Shown here: piece by piece, positions 30,758 to 41,449 of the stretch
Position numbering within the stretch: the stretch's first letter is position 1
Layout of the letters: every line of letters starts with the position of its first letter
Source: Nitrosopumilus sp.
GTDB lineage: Archaea > Thermoproteota > Nitrososphaeria > Nitrososphaerales > Nitrosopumilaceae
Assembly: GCA_965203315.1 (NCBI GenBank)
Contig: OZ241857.1
Coordinates: forward strand, 320,001 to 384,000
DNA length: 64,000 nucleotides
Reading direction: 5' to 3'
The notes under the pieces: generated by a model
Database searches by the model: none
What the model was told of the DNA's origin: nothing
What the model saw: the letters and a program-made list of their open reading frames with translations, nothing else
Program-made: the position numbers and the translations under genes

Positions 30758-31601
30758 TTTCCCTCATCTCATTCAAATGAAAAAGAATATTTTTTGGATT
30801 TAGTTTATGTTCTTTTACTAAATTGAGTAAACCCACCTTGGCATTATGTTTGTTGATCAATGTTTTTCCATCCATATTAATTCCAATTAGGTTGTAGTCA
30901 AATTCAACATGATGTGTAGGACATAATACAATCATATTATCATAATCATCATCTCCTCCCAATTTCAGTGGACGTAAATGATGAACTTCGCTGTATTTTT
31001 GATCAGGTGACAAATCTATTTGATAATTACAAACTTGACATCTATTACTATAAATTAATTTAAGTTGTTCAACTTTTTTTATATTTCTATCAAACTTTGT
31101 AGTCATTTCTAATTTTTTGTTTGGTGGACCATCACTATTTTCATTTAAATGAATATTATTTGAAATTTTTTGCTCTATGTTAGAATAACGGTCAATTAAA
31201 TAAAGTCCAGATAATGGGGTAGATAAATTAGAATTAATTTTTCTACCCAATACATTAAACGGAATAGATATCTTATCCACATCTGAAAACATTATCAAGT
31301 GATCCATGGATCTTATTCTGGGAGTATCTCCCCATACCTTAACTGATGGTGGTTTATTTATGCTTGTTCTTGTCACGATTCCACACATTGTAAATGGTTG
31401 TTTATACTGCGCAAAGTAGCATCTGTCACCGCTTTGAATTGACTTCCATGTGTTATGAAAAGACATGGATACTGACCATATATTCACAACATCTGACGTT
31501 TTATAAATCTCACTCAGCATTTTCTCATGATGGTTTAAACGAAACTGCCTAAACCGTTCTTCGTCCTTTACACCAACAATAATTGCAAAGCTGTGTGACA
31601 T
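30744..31601 (-). CDS. HNH endonuclease with EVE/PUA-like N-terminal domain
   Basis: CQVC...EVHHLRPL..GG.D..DNMIVLCPTHH; N-terminal W...TWKSIQSGDRCYF. Confidence 0.75.
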   Translation of the reverse strand: MSHSFAIIVGVKDEERFRQFRLNHHEKMLSEIYKTSDVVNIWSVSMSFHNTWKSIQSGDRCYFAQYKQPFTMCGIVTRTSINKPPSVKVWGDTPRIRSMDHLIMFSDVDKISIPFNVLGRKINSNLSTPLSGLYLIDRYSNIEQKISNNIHLNENSDGPPNKKLEMTTKFDRNIKKVEQLKLIYSNRCQVCNYQIDLSPDQKYSEVHHLRPLKLGGDDDYDNMIVLCPTHHVEFDYNLIGINMDGKTLINKHNAKVGLLNLVKEHKLNPKNILFHLNEMRENELS

Positions 31602-31967
31602 GATTAAGTATGCGAATGATTGGTTAAAAACTATGCTAATCCACTAGATCGTATTCGCAATTCAGTTTTGGCCAATATTGGAGTTTGAGTATTTTTGTGT
31701 CACGTGTGTGATTTGGACTATTCCATTTATACTGAGTTTTAATATGTATGCAGATCTATAAATTCACAACATATTGTAAATTTACCTCTAGGATATCAAA
31801 TATTTCGTATAACTTTAATCAATATTCAACTAAACAAAAGATATGCATAATGATGAGAATGTGTTTTAGTTTATGCTAAGATGATCGTGCTAAGTATCAA
31901 GAAAGAGCCGAATTATGAAAGGGTCTACTGTGCAAAATATTATATTTTCTCACACATATACAAACAC

Positions 31968-34376
31968 ATGACTCTACCATGCGGTCAAACAGAGATCAGT
32001 CGTAGCATTTTGATTTTTCTTCAAGATGGTCGAGATCACACAATCCGAGAAACATACCAATACGTGGATAAAATACACAATCAAGAAAATATTGAAAAAG
32101 GCAATTTTACAAAAACTAAAGTTAAACGGTTCGAATCTAGTGTTCGTGCTATCGTGTCTAATTTACGCAAAACAAAAATGCTTAAAAATACTAAAAATGG
32201 TGTATTTCACATAACTGAACGAGGTTTAGATGAATTATTAAATTTTCATAAAATAAGCAATATTTCAGAAAATTTTAGAGATGAATGTTATAAACTCATA
32301 ACAAACACATCATTAGATAGTATGAATAAATCAAGCATGTTTTTAGAATTGGCTATTAAGACAACAACTAAATTTCCGTTTGCTTTTTTACCTGAATTAA
32401 TCGAAGATTTAATAGACAAAAACTCTATTTCTAATATAATTAAAAAACATAATTTAGAAACCTATCAAAAATTTGAAGCGGTTTTTTCAAGTATGCTAGC
32501 ACTAGCTCATAGTAAAGCAAATGAGACTAAAACGCAAGACATAAAAATAAATTTTAAAAGTTTTAGATGGAATAAATCCCACAATTGGTTAAAGATTGAA
32601 TCAAATAGGTTTTTTAATCCATTTTTGGCACAATTTAATTATAATATTTTAAGAGCGGTCATAATCATTACAATTTTTAAACATGAATATATTTCAAATG
32701 AAGATAATCTTGAAGATATGGTTTACAAAACATATGAAGAAATTAAATGTAAACTAGATGTATTTTCTAATTCGGTTAAGATAAAATCTTTTGAAATGTA
32801 CATAAATTCTAAATTAAAATTTAGTTGTGGTTCTATACTGGATGAATTACAATTAGATTATGGAATAGTAAATATTGATGGCAACATATCAATTCCAGTA
32901 AAATACACTAACATTAATAAAGAAATTCAAGATGTTATTCAAAATGAAAACGAAGGAATTTCTTACAGAGGATTAGTACATAAATTAAAAAAAATACTAC
33001 CATTGTATACATTAATTCCAGAGATTGGTATATTTAAAGATATTTTAAATGAATTAGAAAAGAAAAAACTAATTTTACGAAAAAGATCACTTGCCAAATT
33101 TGATTCAGATAATGATCAGTTATTTTTATATGATAATTACATGGCAAAAATGGAAAAAATAAAAAATAATTTAATGAGTAGTGGAAGAACTAAATTTTTC
33201 GGTAGAGTAATTAATCCAGAACAATTTATTAATGAAATAAAAACAATGAATGTGGGCGATCTTGAAGACGCTGATGATCAAGTGACTCGAATTGCAGGAC
33301 TGGTTCTTCGTGACTCGATCTTGTTGAGAAATTCACGAGAACATATACCTAACTTTGATTTTGTAATAGATATGAGTAATTATGATCGAATAATGGTACA
33401 AAAAGAATTTTTTAGTAAAATTGGATTTAAAGTTAGATCAAATATACTCCATTGTAAAGTCTTAATAAACGAAACAATCACAACAGACACATTAACAAAT
33501 TTACAATCAAATACTCCTAATGATGAGCAGGGCATAATATTTACTTGTATGCCAGTTAGTGACAAAGTGCGTCAAATTATCAAAGATGATAAGAGTGTTC
33601 AGATTATAGATCAAGATGGCATTTATAAGTGGTGTTTACTTGCACCTGTTATACCAAGTAGACGTTATTCGGTAGTGCGGGTAATGTATGGTGATCATAT
33701 AGGAAGAATTGCTAGAGTTATCTCATTAAATTATGAATCCGGACTTGCAACTATTGAATCTGTACCTGATTATAAGGAAATTATAGTTTCTATTGGATCA
33801 ATTAGTGAGATTTTACCTAACGTCCATGATGAGTTGCGTTTTGGAGAACTTTCTAAAAAATACTTTGAGTTTCTCTGCTTGGTCGCTAAATTATCCTCAG
33901 AACATTTTGAAAGTGGTATGGACACAAAAGTTTTAAATTTTCATGAATCATTTAGAGAACTAAAAAAGAGTACTAATCCAGAATTGTTTGTGGGCCAACA
34001 TCCAAAATTTATGATAGATGAACAGGAACACCAAAATCACAAATATATTGAATTTGAGAATGTATATGTTAAATTATTTATGAGAGGGAGTGATTTTACT
34101 CAATATTTACAATGTAGTTGTTCACACACATTAAATGAAGAATATAATAAAACACTTTGCGTCCATCAGATTGCAACGATTAATTATTTGTGTGTCACGA
34201 AAGATGTTCATGCCATGAATAAACAAATCGTTTTACTTGAAAGTAGATTGAAAAATTTTCAAATTGAAAATATCTTCAAGATGATTGAGACGATACATGA
34301 TTTGCTGGGGGTAGACAACAAGAGACTTATTTTAGATTACGTTCGAGAATGTCTTAAAAGTAAATTAAATTGTTGA
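31968..34376 (+). CDS. Mrr_N / Mrr-cat-like / KOW / SWIM multidomain protein
   Basis: Mrr_N pattern ILIFLQDG...GVFHITERG; GIIFT...IID; VRVMYGDHIGRIARV; CSC...LCVH. Confidence 0.6.
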   Translation: MTLPCGQTEISRSILIFLQDGRDHTIRETYQYVDKIHNQENIEKGNFTKTKVKRFESSVRAIVSNLRKTKMLKNTKNGVFHITERGLDELLNFHKISNISENFRDECYKLITNTSLDSMNKSSMFLELAIKTTTKFPFAFLPELIEDLIDKNSISNIIKKHNLETYQKFEAVFSSMLALAHSKANETKTQDIKINFKSFRWNKSHNWLKIESNRFFNPFLAQFNYNILRAVIIITIFKHEYISNEDNLEDMVYKTYEEIKCKLDVFSNSVKIKSFEMYINSKLKFSCGSILDELQLDYGIVNIDGNISIPVKYTNINKEIQDVIQNENEGISYRGLVHKLKKILPLYTLIPEIGIFKDILNELEKKKLILRKRSLAKFDSDNDQLFLYDNYMAKMEKIKNNLMSSGRTKFFGRVINPEQFINEIKTMNVGDLEDADDQVTRIAGLVLRDSILLRNSREHIPNFDFVIDMSNYDRIMVQKEFFSKIGFKVRSNILHCKVLINETITTDTLTNLQSNTPNDEQGIIFTCMPVSDKVRQIIKDDKSVQIIDQDGIYKWCLLAPVIPSRRYSVVRVMYGDHIGRIARVISLNYESGLATIESVPDYKEIIVSIGSISEILPNVHDELRFGELSKKYFEFLCLVAKLSSEHFESGMDTKVLNFHESFRELKKSTNPELFVGQHPKFMIDEQEHQNHKYIEFENVYVKLFMRGSDFTQYLQCSCSHTLNEEYNKTLCVHQIATINYLCVTKDVHAMNKQIVLLESRLKNFQIENIFKMIETIHDLLGVDNKRLILDYVRECLKSKLNC

Positions 34377-34798
34377 CTTTTAACTATATCTTCTAAAGTT
34401 TCAACATCTAAATTTTTAATTTGTTGATCCAGGTTATAAAATAGTTTTAAAATTAATGGATCATTTTTCAATATTTTGATCAGATCATGTTTGAGACTCA
34501 GAGCTACGACATCTATGTCTGCTTGCGTATTTGTTAAACTATTGTTTGGTGGTAAATTAGATTTTAAATTGTCTTTGTGCACAAGTAAAATATCTAAAAC
34601 TTTACTTTCGTATTTAATTTCTTCAACTATGACAGAATCACTATTATTCAATTCATCGAAAAAAACTGGTTCTTCATTGGCAGTTATTTTTAAGATTCTT
34701 TTTACATCATCAAAGTATATGCCATCTTTATGTGTTTTGATTAGTTCGAGGGTATCATTCAAATTATCCTTCCCATTCTTTTTCTTGATTTCCGTCAT
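34337..34798 (-). CDS. Small wHTH-like hypothetical protein downstream of dndA
   Basis: Shares a domain with 47559..49658. Confidence 0.65.
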   Translation of the reverse strand: MTEIKKKNGKDNLNDTLELIKTHKDGIYFDDVKRILKITANEEPVFFDELNNSDSVIVEEIKYESKVLDILLVHKDNLKSNLPPNNSLTNTQADIDVVALSLKHDLIKILKNDPLILKLFYNLDQQIKNLDVETLEDIVKSQQFNLLLRHSRT

Positions 34799-34884
34799 GT
34801 ACTTAGGTTTGGTCTGTGTATATAAGAGGTTTTATTTGGCTGGATCTATGTTTTTGTTTACACACTTGAGACAATATTGTTCGA

Positions 34885-36036
34885 TCACTTGATACTCGCA
34901 AGATTTCTTACTGCATTTACGATCTCTTGTGCTGCAAATTCTACCTGATCCGATTTTGTGTACCTGCCTAATCCAACTCTGATCGAAGAGTGAGCTCGTT
35001 CATCATTGTACCCTAAAGCTAGAATGACATGAGATGGTTCAATACTACGTGTTGTACATGCAGAACCAGAGGATATGGCAATTTGCTCTGAAACTAGATT
35101 TATTATTGCTTTTGCCTCGATTTTTGGAAAGTACATATTTAGATTTCCTGATAGTCTGTGCACACTGTCCCCGTTTAACATACCGCCACAATCACAGAAT
35201 ATCCGATACATGTTTGTAGCAAGTTTTTTTAATCTGTAACCTTCTGAATCCATCTCTTTAGATGCTAGAGTTGTTGCTTTTCCAAATCCAACTATTCCAG
35301 GAACGTTTAATGTACCAGAACGTACGCCTCGCTCTTGCCCGCCGCCATGTAGTATTTCATCTAGTTTGAATCTGGGCGAGATCCCTCTAACATATAACGC
35401 ACCTATGCCTTTTGGGCCATACATTTTATGTGCAGAAAATGACATCAAGTCAATATTCATCTTGTTTACATCAATCGGTATGTGACCTACCGCTTGAGCA
35501 GCATCCGTGTGAAATAATACGTCATGTTCATGCGCAATCTTGCCAATACTTGAAATGTTGTGAATTGTCCCAATCTCATTATTGGCAGTCATAATCGATA
35601 TCAGAACTGTTTTATCGTTTATGGCATCTCGGAGATCGTCTAAATCTATGTGACCTAATTCATTTACTGGGAGATATGTCACATTCTTTCCAATTTTTTC
35701 CATATGTTTTACAGTGTTTAACACAGATTCATGTTCAGTGACACATGTAATCAAATGATCGCCTTTTTGTTTGTGTTTTTTCATAACTCCAATTATTGCA
35801 AGATTATTTGACTCTGTAGCTCCACTAGTGAAGACAATTTCATCATGTTTAGAACCAATGACTTTTGCAATATCGGCCCTTGCAGATTCAACTGCTGTTG
35901 ATGCATCATGTCCATATGAGTGATCTAGACTTGATGCATTGCCAAATTTTTCATTAAAGAAAGGCAACATTGAATCTAAAACTCTAAAATCTAGCTGTGT
36001 TGTAGCATTATGATCAAGATAAACTATTTTGTTCAT
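34885..36036 (-). CDS. dndA: Cysteine desulfurase DndA/IscS
   Basis: YLDHNATT, SAHKMYGPKG, SSGSAC; coupled to dndE. Confidence 0.92.
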   Translation of the reverse strand: MNKIVYLDHNATTQLDFRVLDSMLPFFNEKFGNASSLDHSYGHDASTAVESARADIAKVIGSKHDEIVFTSGATESNNLAIIGVMKKHKQKGDHLITCVTEHESVLNTVKHMEKIGKNVTYLPVNELGHIDLDDLRDAINDKTVLISIMTANNEIGTIHNISSIGKIAHEHDVLFHTDAAQAVGHIPIDVNKMNIDLMSFSAHKMYGPKGIGALYVRGISPRFKLDEILHGGGQERGVRSGTLNVPGIVGFGKATTLASKEMDSEGYRLKKLATNMYRIFCDCGGMLNGDSVHRLSGNLNMYFPKIEAKAIINLVSEQIAISSGSACTTRSIEPSHVILALGYNDERAHSSIRVGLGRYTKSDQVEFAAQEIVNAVRNLASIK

Positions 36037-36413
36037 TGTGTAATATCTCGCTCTTGACGTATTACTTGTTCGATATCGGTAATATCCTGAATTCTAGCAA
36101 ATAACGCTATTGTACCTCGATTAAAGTGAGCGCGAAGCATCTTGTTTAGATATAATTGTGGGGAAAGATTTCTGTGCATCAACTCTTGTACCATAAGCGC
36201 CATAAACATTTCTTCATATTCTCCAAATAGTACAAAAGGATGTATCTCTGCACCTTTTTCATCAAACTCATCGGGATTTGGAAGAGATGGATCATTAAGT
36301 GACATACAGATCGCAAATCTGCCTAAAACATTTGGTGTCAAACCTGTACGTTTTTTAAGCTGACCCATTAGATTCTGAGAGCGTGCACTCATTCGTAATC
36401 GATTAAATCGCAA
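36033..36413 (-). CDS. dndE: DNA sulfur modification protein DndE
   Basis: LKKRTGLTPNVLGRFAICMSL...LFGEY...AHFNRG; TTG start overlapping the dndD stop. Confidence 0.88.
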   Translation of the reverse strand: MRFNRLRMSARSQNLMGQLKKRTGLTPNVLGRFAICMSLNDPSLPNPDEFDEKGAEIHPFVLFGEYEEMFMALMVQELMHRNLSPQLYLNKMLRAHFNRGTIALFARIQDITDIEQVIRQERDITQ

Positions 36414-38439
36414 CAATCTTCTCTCCTCGCTTATTCCAAAAATATCCATCATGTTTAATGGTTGCACCTTCCTCTTCGACATACTCCATGGCGTATGATC
36501 TCATCATATTTTGTTCTAGTTTGACAAAATCATCATATTTTATCTCTGTGTCTGTTGAAAATATGAGTACTTGATGCGAAGCTGTGGGGAAAAACTGCTC
36601 AAGAATATTTGTTCTATGTTCTTCATCTAATCGCGCTAGAGGTGTGTCTATCATAAATGGCAGAGGCCTACCAGATGTTTTTGCAAGTGCCCATAGAACT
36701 GCCATTGCAAACATCTGTTTTTCTCCTTCGGATAACAGCTCTTTTGAGAAACGATCTCGGTTTTTACGATATAGTGTAATTTCAAATGTTTCTGGATCAA
36801 CAGTTACTGAATGAATAAAATTCCTCTTGTGCATAAGCATCTTTATAGCATCTAGTAGATATTGCTCCAAGATCGATATTTTTTTAAGCCTAAGTTGTTC
36901 AATAAACTCTTCCAAGACCATTTGAACATTTTGTGTAATCTCTACATTCTCTATTGATTTTTTATTTTTATATATTTGAGACACTATGTTACGTAACTTG
37001 GTGTTCAGATGTTGTTCTAGTGATATACTGCTTGATATCTTTTCTTCCATATGTTCTATTTCCGACTGAAGCATACCTATCTGGTTATGAACGTTACCAA
37101 TACTACTCAATAACGGGCCAATTTCATCATCATTCGGAGCATTTGCGAGTGAGCATTCAAGTATAGTGATCTTTTCGGATATCTCTCTGAGTTTTGTTGT
37201 GTCTTGCTGTAGATCTTTTAACGTAGATGTATTTGCTTTTTGTATTATATCTAGTATACGTGTAGATTGACTAGATGAGAAATCAAATGATGGTTTTGCT
37301 GATGACTGATCATTATGATGTTTAAATAATTTAGTTATGCTATTTACAACATCCACTCTAGAATCATCATCAATTTGAATATTTATCCAAAAGTCTGAAT
37401 CTTTTAGTTCTGATATTATTTTATTAGTTTTTGCGGTAATGGCTTTTTGACCCATTATGTCTAGCTTGATCAAATCATCTTTTTTAATTTGTTCAGATAA
37501 TGATTGTAATTTTGATGGAATTAATGCAAATGGCAGCACACCAGAACATATTGACTCTATATGTTTGTGTATGATATCGTAATTTGTCTTTTGTTCTGCA
37601 AGTTCTTCTATAGCACTAGTACGGTTACTGGCAAAAGTACCTCCTATGTTGGTTAGTTTTGATTCCATATTATCTATTTCTAGTTGTAATGAGTCTATTT
37701 CGGTTTGTTTTTGAGCAATTTTATCAATCATGCGATTATTTGTGTCTTTTATGTTATCTTTTTCAGATTTAAGTCTATCAAAATCTTCTTGAAGTGATTT
37801 ATTGTCGCTTGTAAGATTTCGTGTCATATTTACTTGTAGATCGGTGTACAGTTGTTCTACCAGCTCAATTCCCAACAATGACTTGAATGATTCTCTGATT
37901 GTAATATCTTCTGTGCCTTCTTTTGCCATCTTTACTATTTTTTCGCCATCAAAGAAAAACAACTTGATTATTCCTTTTGGTATTATATCTTCTACAAATG
38001 ACTGCCACTGTGATTTTTCAATCGTGTCCAAGGTAACAAACTTAGACTCTTGTGAATTGCGTTTTTTTATAGATAGTTGCTCATTAACTCTACCGTCTTC
38101 ATCTGACCAAGAACGTTCTACTTTGTATTCTACTTCTTTATTATTGTGAAAGAATCTAAACTGTACTGATACTGATGTATGATCTGCATGTGTTGAACTC
38201 TTTAAATATCTATGAATTTTACTTGCAAGAAATTGCCCATATGATCTTTTGGTAGATCTCTTTTCCATGACCGATATTCCGTACAGACACAACATGATGG
38301 ACTCAAATAGAGTGGTCTTGCCTGCACCGTTTGTGCCACCAACTAGTACAATGGGCCTTTGTTCAGTACATGTGAAATCAAACTCATTTCTGCCACAATA
38401 TACACCATAATTTTGTAATATTACTCGTGTTATGATCAA
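36403..38439 (-). CDS. dndD: DNA sulfur modification ATPase DndD
   Basis: GTNGAGKT, FFFDGEKI, LSEGEK, IDTPLARLD, STDTEI. Confidence 0.93.
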   Translation of the reverse strand: MIITRVILQNYGVYCGRNEFDFTCTEQRPIVLVGGTNGAGKTTLFESIMLCLYGISVMEKRSTKRSYGQFLASKIHRYLKSSTHADHTSVSVQFRFFHNNKEVEYKVERSWSDEDGRVNEQLSIKKRNSQESKFVTLDTIEKSQWQSFVEDIIPKGIIKLFFFDGEKIVKMAKEGTEDITIRESFKSLLGIELVEQLYTDLQVNMTRNLTSDNKSLQEDFDRLKSEKDNIKDTNNRMIDKIAQKQTEIDSLQLEIDNMESKLTNIGGTFASNRTSAIEELAEQKTNYDIIHKHIESICSGVLPFALIPSKLQSLSEQIKKDDLIKLDIMGQKAITAKTNKIISELKDSDFWINIQIDDDSRVDVVNSITKLFKHHNDQSSAKPSFDFSSSQSTRILDIIQKANTSTLKDLQQDTTKLREISEKITILECSLANAPNDDEIGPLLSSIGNVHNQIGMLQSEIEHMEEKISSSISLEQHLNTKLRNIVSQIYKNKKSIENVEITQNVQMVLEEFIEQLRLKKISILEQYLLDAIKMLMHKRNFIHSVTVDPETFEITLYRKNRDRFSKELLSEGEKQMFAMAVLWALAKTSGRPLPFMIDTPLARLDEEHRTNILEQFFPTASHQVLIFSTDTEIKYDDFVKLEQNMMRSYAMEYVEEEGATIKHDGYFWNKRGEKIVAI

Positions 38440-39929
38440 GTTCCAAACTCCTTGTTATTTTGCTGATACACTTTGAGATCATGTACTATCTCGCCTAGAT
38501 CTTCTCTCCATTCTTCAGATAACACTTTGTTTAATTTTGGATATATCTTGGAGTGTCTGGTCATCCCTTGCGACTCTTGTTCAATATTGAGTAGTTTAGC
38601 AACCAATAGCATCGGAACATTGTTTTTCTTACAGATCTCTTCCAACAAATTTTGTTCAACCATTCCAAATCTTCCTAGATCCTCTTGTGGAGGCACAAGC
38701 CTTTGCTCTGTTATCTTTTCATATATCTGATAAGCCGTATTCTTCCAGTCACCACGTTCAATACGCCATATTCTCTGTATCTCGTGAATTTCTTCTTCTT
38801 GTATTAATTTCAGAGATGGATCAGGCCCTGTCTCTCTAACTTTCATTTGAGCGATCAGTAGTTTTTCAAGAAACTCTTTACAAAAATCTAAAGTATATGG
38901 ACCAGGCACTAAATTAAAATACGGATCAGATTCTTCATCTTTGCCCTGTTCCATTTTTGATTCTCGTATCTTTTCACTAAAAGCCTCTTTACGCTTTTCA
39001 TCGATCAATTTCATTTGACCATTACGTCGCTTTAAGGATCTGACTTGTTTTCTCTTTATTGGATCATGTGTGTCCTTTAACTCTTCTCGTAGCTCTAAAA
39101 GTGGTTCCATCCATTCCTCTCCATTTTCAATAGTATTTCGTAGTGAAGAATCATCATTTACTACTGTACATGTCCAACAACCAAATCTACTATTTCCACA
39201 AGATGGCGTACTGCTGTCAACTACTAGTGGACATTCACTTGCATTTGCGTTCTGATACATAACAAGGAGATCTCTATTGTTTGCTCCCCATGGATTGCTC
39301 TCTTGTAGTAAATAACTCCAAACATCTTTGGCGGTAAAGTCTCGCAAAGGCGTATAAACATATGTCTGAGCAAATTTGGAATGCCTCGATAACAGGCTTC
39401 CCTCTATCTCATATAGATTCATTAGTTGTTGTCTAGATCCACTCTCATCCTTTCTAGTCCCTAGTATTATTATTGCTTCACCATACTCTGATACTTTTTC
39501 TTGAATGAAACGATCAGCGTTTCGTATCTTTAATCGTTCAGTACACCACCTGAATAGATTGCTTGGTGCTGGGAATCCTTTACCCAACAAGCACACCCAA
39601 AAGGTATCTTCGACTACTGGTCTAACTAGATTAGTAGATAATGGGAGGTGAGAGTGTTTAGATGCTTTCTCCATCATGTCTAATGTCTTTGTTATCTGCT
39701 CTACGACCTTTGGTGATTCTACTAGGGTGTCTGATGATATGACGAAGAGATTTTTATGTAGTTTGTTTGAAGGTAGTCTAGACAATGCATTCCATATCAA
39801 CTGAACCATGCAAGTAGAGTCTTTACCACCACTAAACCCTAAAATCCAAGGTCTGTTGTCGCTTTGATATACTGTCTGAATTTCTTTGTAAATATCATTC
39901 AAATGTCTGGCCTTAAAGATCGATTCCAA
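38436..39929 (-). CDS. dndC: DNA phosphorothioation sulfurtransferase DndC
   Basis: GFSGGKDS, FRWCTERLKI, ECPLV...CGNSRFGCWTCTVV. Confidence 0.95.
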   Translation of the reverse strand: MESIFKARHLNDIYKEIQTVYQSDNRPWILGFSGGKDSTCMVQLIWNALSRLPSNKLHKNLFVISSDTLVESPKVVEQITKTLDMMEKASKHSHLPLSTNLVRPVVEDTFWVCLLGKGFPAPSNLFRWCTERLKIRNADRFIQEKVSEYGEAIIILGTRKDESGSRQQLMNLYEIEGSLLSRHSKFAQTYVYTPLRDFTAKDVWSYLLQESNPWGANNRDLLVMYQNANASECPLVVDSSTPSCGNSRFGCWTCTVVNDDSSLRNTIENGEEWMEPLLELREELKDTHDPIKRKQVRSLKRRNGQMKLIDEKRKEAFSEKIRESKMEQGKDEESDPYFNLVPGPYTLDFCKEFLEKLLIAQMKVRETGPDPSLKLIQEEEIHEIQRIWRIERGDWKNTAYQIYEKITEQRLVPPQEDLGRFGMVEQNLLEEICKKNNVPMLLVAKLLNIEQESQGMTRHSKIYPKLNKVLSEEWREDLGEIVHDLKVYQQNNKEFGT

Positions 39930-40997
39930 TTACGCATCATCTACTCTAACTGACACTCCTAGATGTTCAAGTATCTTGTTTGCAGCTCTTTTTATTCCTA
40001 GTCTGTGTTTTAGCATTTTGCCATCCATAACGACATTGTCTTGCCAGATTGGACTAGTTTTTCTCCAATCGATCTTTTGCAGTCTTTTTAGTTTTTCTCT
40101 CCAATCTGATCTTTGAGTTAATATGTAACCAACTATTCCTAACGCGTTTAAAATATTTGTATGTGCGTGAACATAGTCTTTACGCAGTTCATATGGGGTT
40201 ATCTTTTTATCAATTAATAAATTCCATTCTGGTATTTTTTTAGACAATACATTCCAATATTCTGCTGCTAGTTTTTGTTTTTCAGGTGATATTGATTTTG
40301 TCTTTAATTTTAGTAAGTGTCTTGTAGCATCGGCAATACCATTCAATGTAAAAAACTTGGTAGAACGATTTGAGATGTTAGTTCTTTCCATCTCCGTTCT
40401 TCCATAAAATATATCAACATCTTGAACTAGAGTTATTACAAACCTTGCAAATGTGTCTCGATGATCGTATAATAATCCAAGTGATTTGGTAGGTTTTACT
40501 GCATGTTTGTTCAGATCTGCAAACATTTGTTGACTACGTTTTAATCCTCGATCTTCAAAGATGACTACTGCGACTCTTTCGTTTTCAAAACTTGAGTCAT
40601 GTCCACATACTTCTCTAATTGCAGCACAACGATGCTGACCATCGTTTACCAATATTTTTGCATTGGTTGGTATGTTGATCGTTCCTATCTTACTTTCAGA
40701 ATCATTTGGAGGAATCGGATTGAATGCTATTCTCTTGTCAATAGATACAGTGATTGCAGAAAATATGTAATCTTTAGGATTTTCGACAATATATGATGCA
40801 ATATTTGGAACTCTAGAACTACGGAGTTTGCGTTGTGCTCTCATCTCTGGGGGTATTGCTGGATCTGCGTCAAATTTGAATTGACTAATAATGGTGCCAA
40901 AATCAAACATAGATACATAAAATTCCCTACCTGCTTGAATCCCCCTATTTGCATAGTATGTTGTTACTCCGTCTTGTTTGTTTGACGTTGTTTTCAT
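39930..40997 (-). CDS. dndB: DGQHR-domain regulator DndB
   Basis: RAQRKL, NDGQHR, QQMFADLN, LYDHRD. Confidence 0.93.
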   Translation of the reverse strand: MKTTSNKQDGVTTYYANRGIQAGREFYVSMFDFGTIISQFKFDADPAIPPEMRAQRKLRSSRVPNIASYIVENPKDYIFSAITVSIDKRIAFNPIPPNDSESKIGTINIPTNAKILVNDGQHRCAAIREVCGHDSSFENERVAVVIFEDRGLKRSQQMFADLNKHAVKPTKSLGLLYDHRDTFARFVITLVQDVDIFYGRTEMERTNISNRSTKFFTLNGIADATRHLLKLKTKSISPEKQKLAAEYWNVLSKKIPEWNLLIDKKITPYELRKDYVHAHTNILNALGIVGYILTQRSDWREKLKRLQKIDWRKTSPIWQDNVVMDGKMLKHRLGIKRAANKILEHLGVSVRVDDA

Positions 40998-41006
40998 GTG
41001 GTTTAG

Positions 41007-41039
41007 ATTTTGGAAGCATTATATAACATTTTGGAAGCA
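41007..41039 (-). promoter_or_regulatory. dnd operon promoter: TATA box flanked by a 12-bp direct repeat
   Basis: Minus strand TGCTTCCAAAAT-GTTATATAA-TGCTTCCAAAAT just upstream of the dndB ATG. Confidence 0.6.
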
Positions 41040-41449
41040 CGTTGTAATGTGGGCTGTGAGGCAAAGTCACGTTCAACGAATTTGATAGCAAGTGCCTAAG
41101 ATTGATTCTTAACTTATGTTGAGACTCAATCTCAAACATGTATTTCGGAATCACATGATTGTGGGGAAAAGACCAACATGAACACCTATCCGGTAGCGAT
41201 CATTTTGCTTTTATATTAGTTAGCTCTGAAATGATCGCTTGGTTCGATGGTGTGTTTATACTATTTGATCGATTCGCTTCAACTCATAGTTAACCTCTTG
41301 TTCAGCATATGGTGTTCTTACAATTCATTGATTGCTACTCGGCGCATGTTTGTTGATAGACGCTTTGTATGTAAACATATTTTTCACACAATTCAGAGGA
41401 TCTATTTTCATTCCTAAAACATAAATATTAATTTCCACGTACTAACAAT

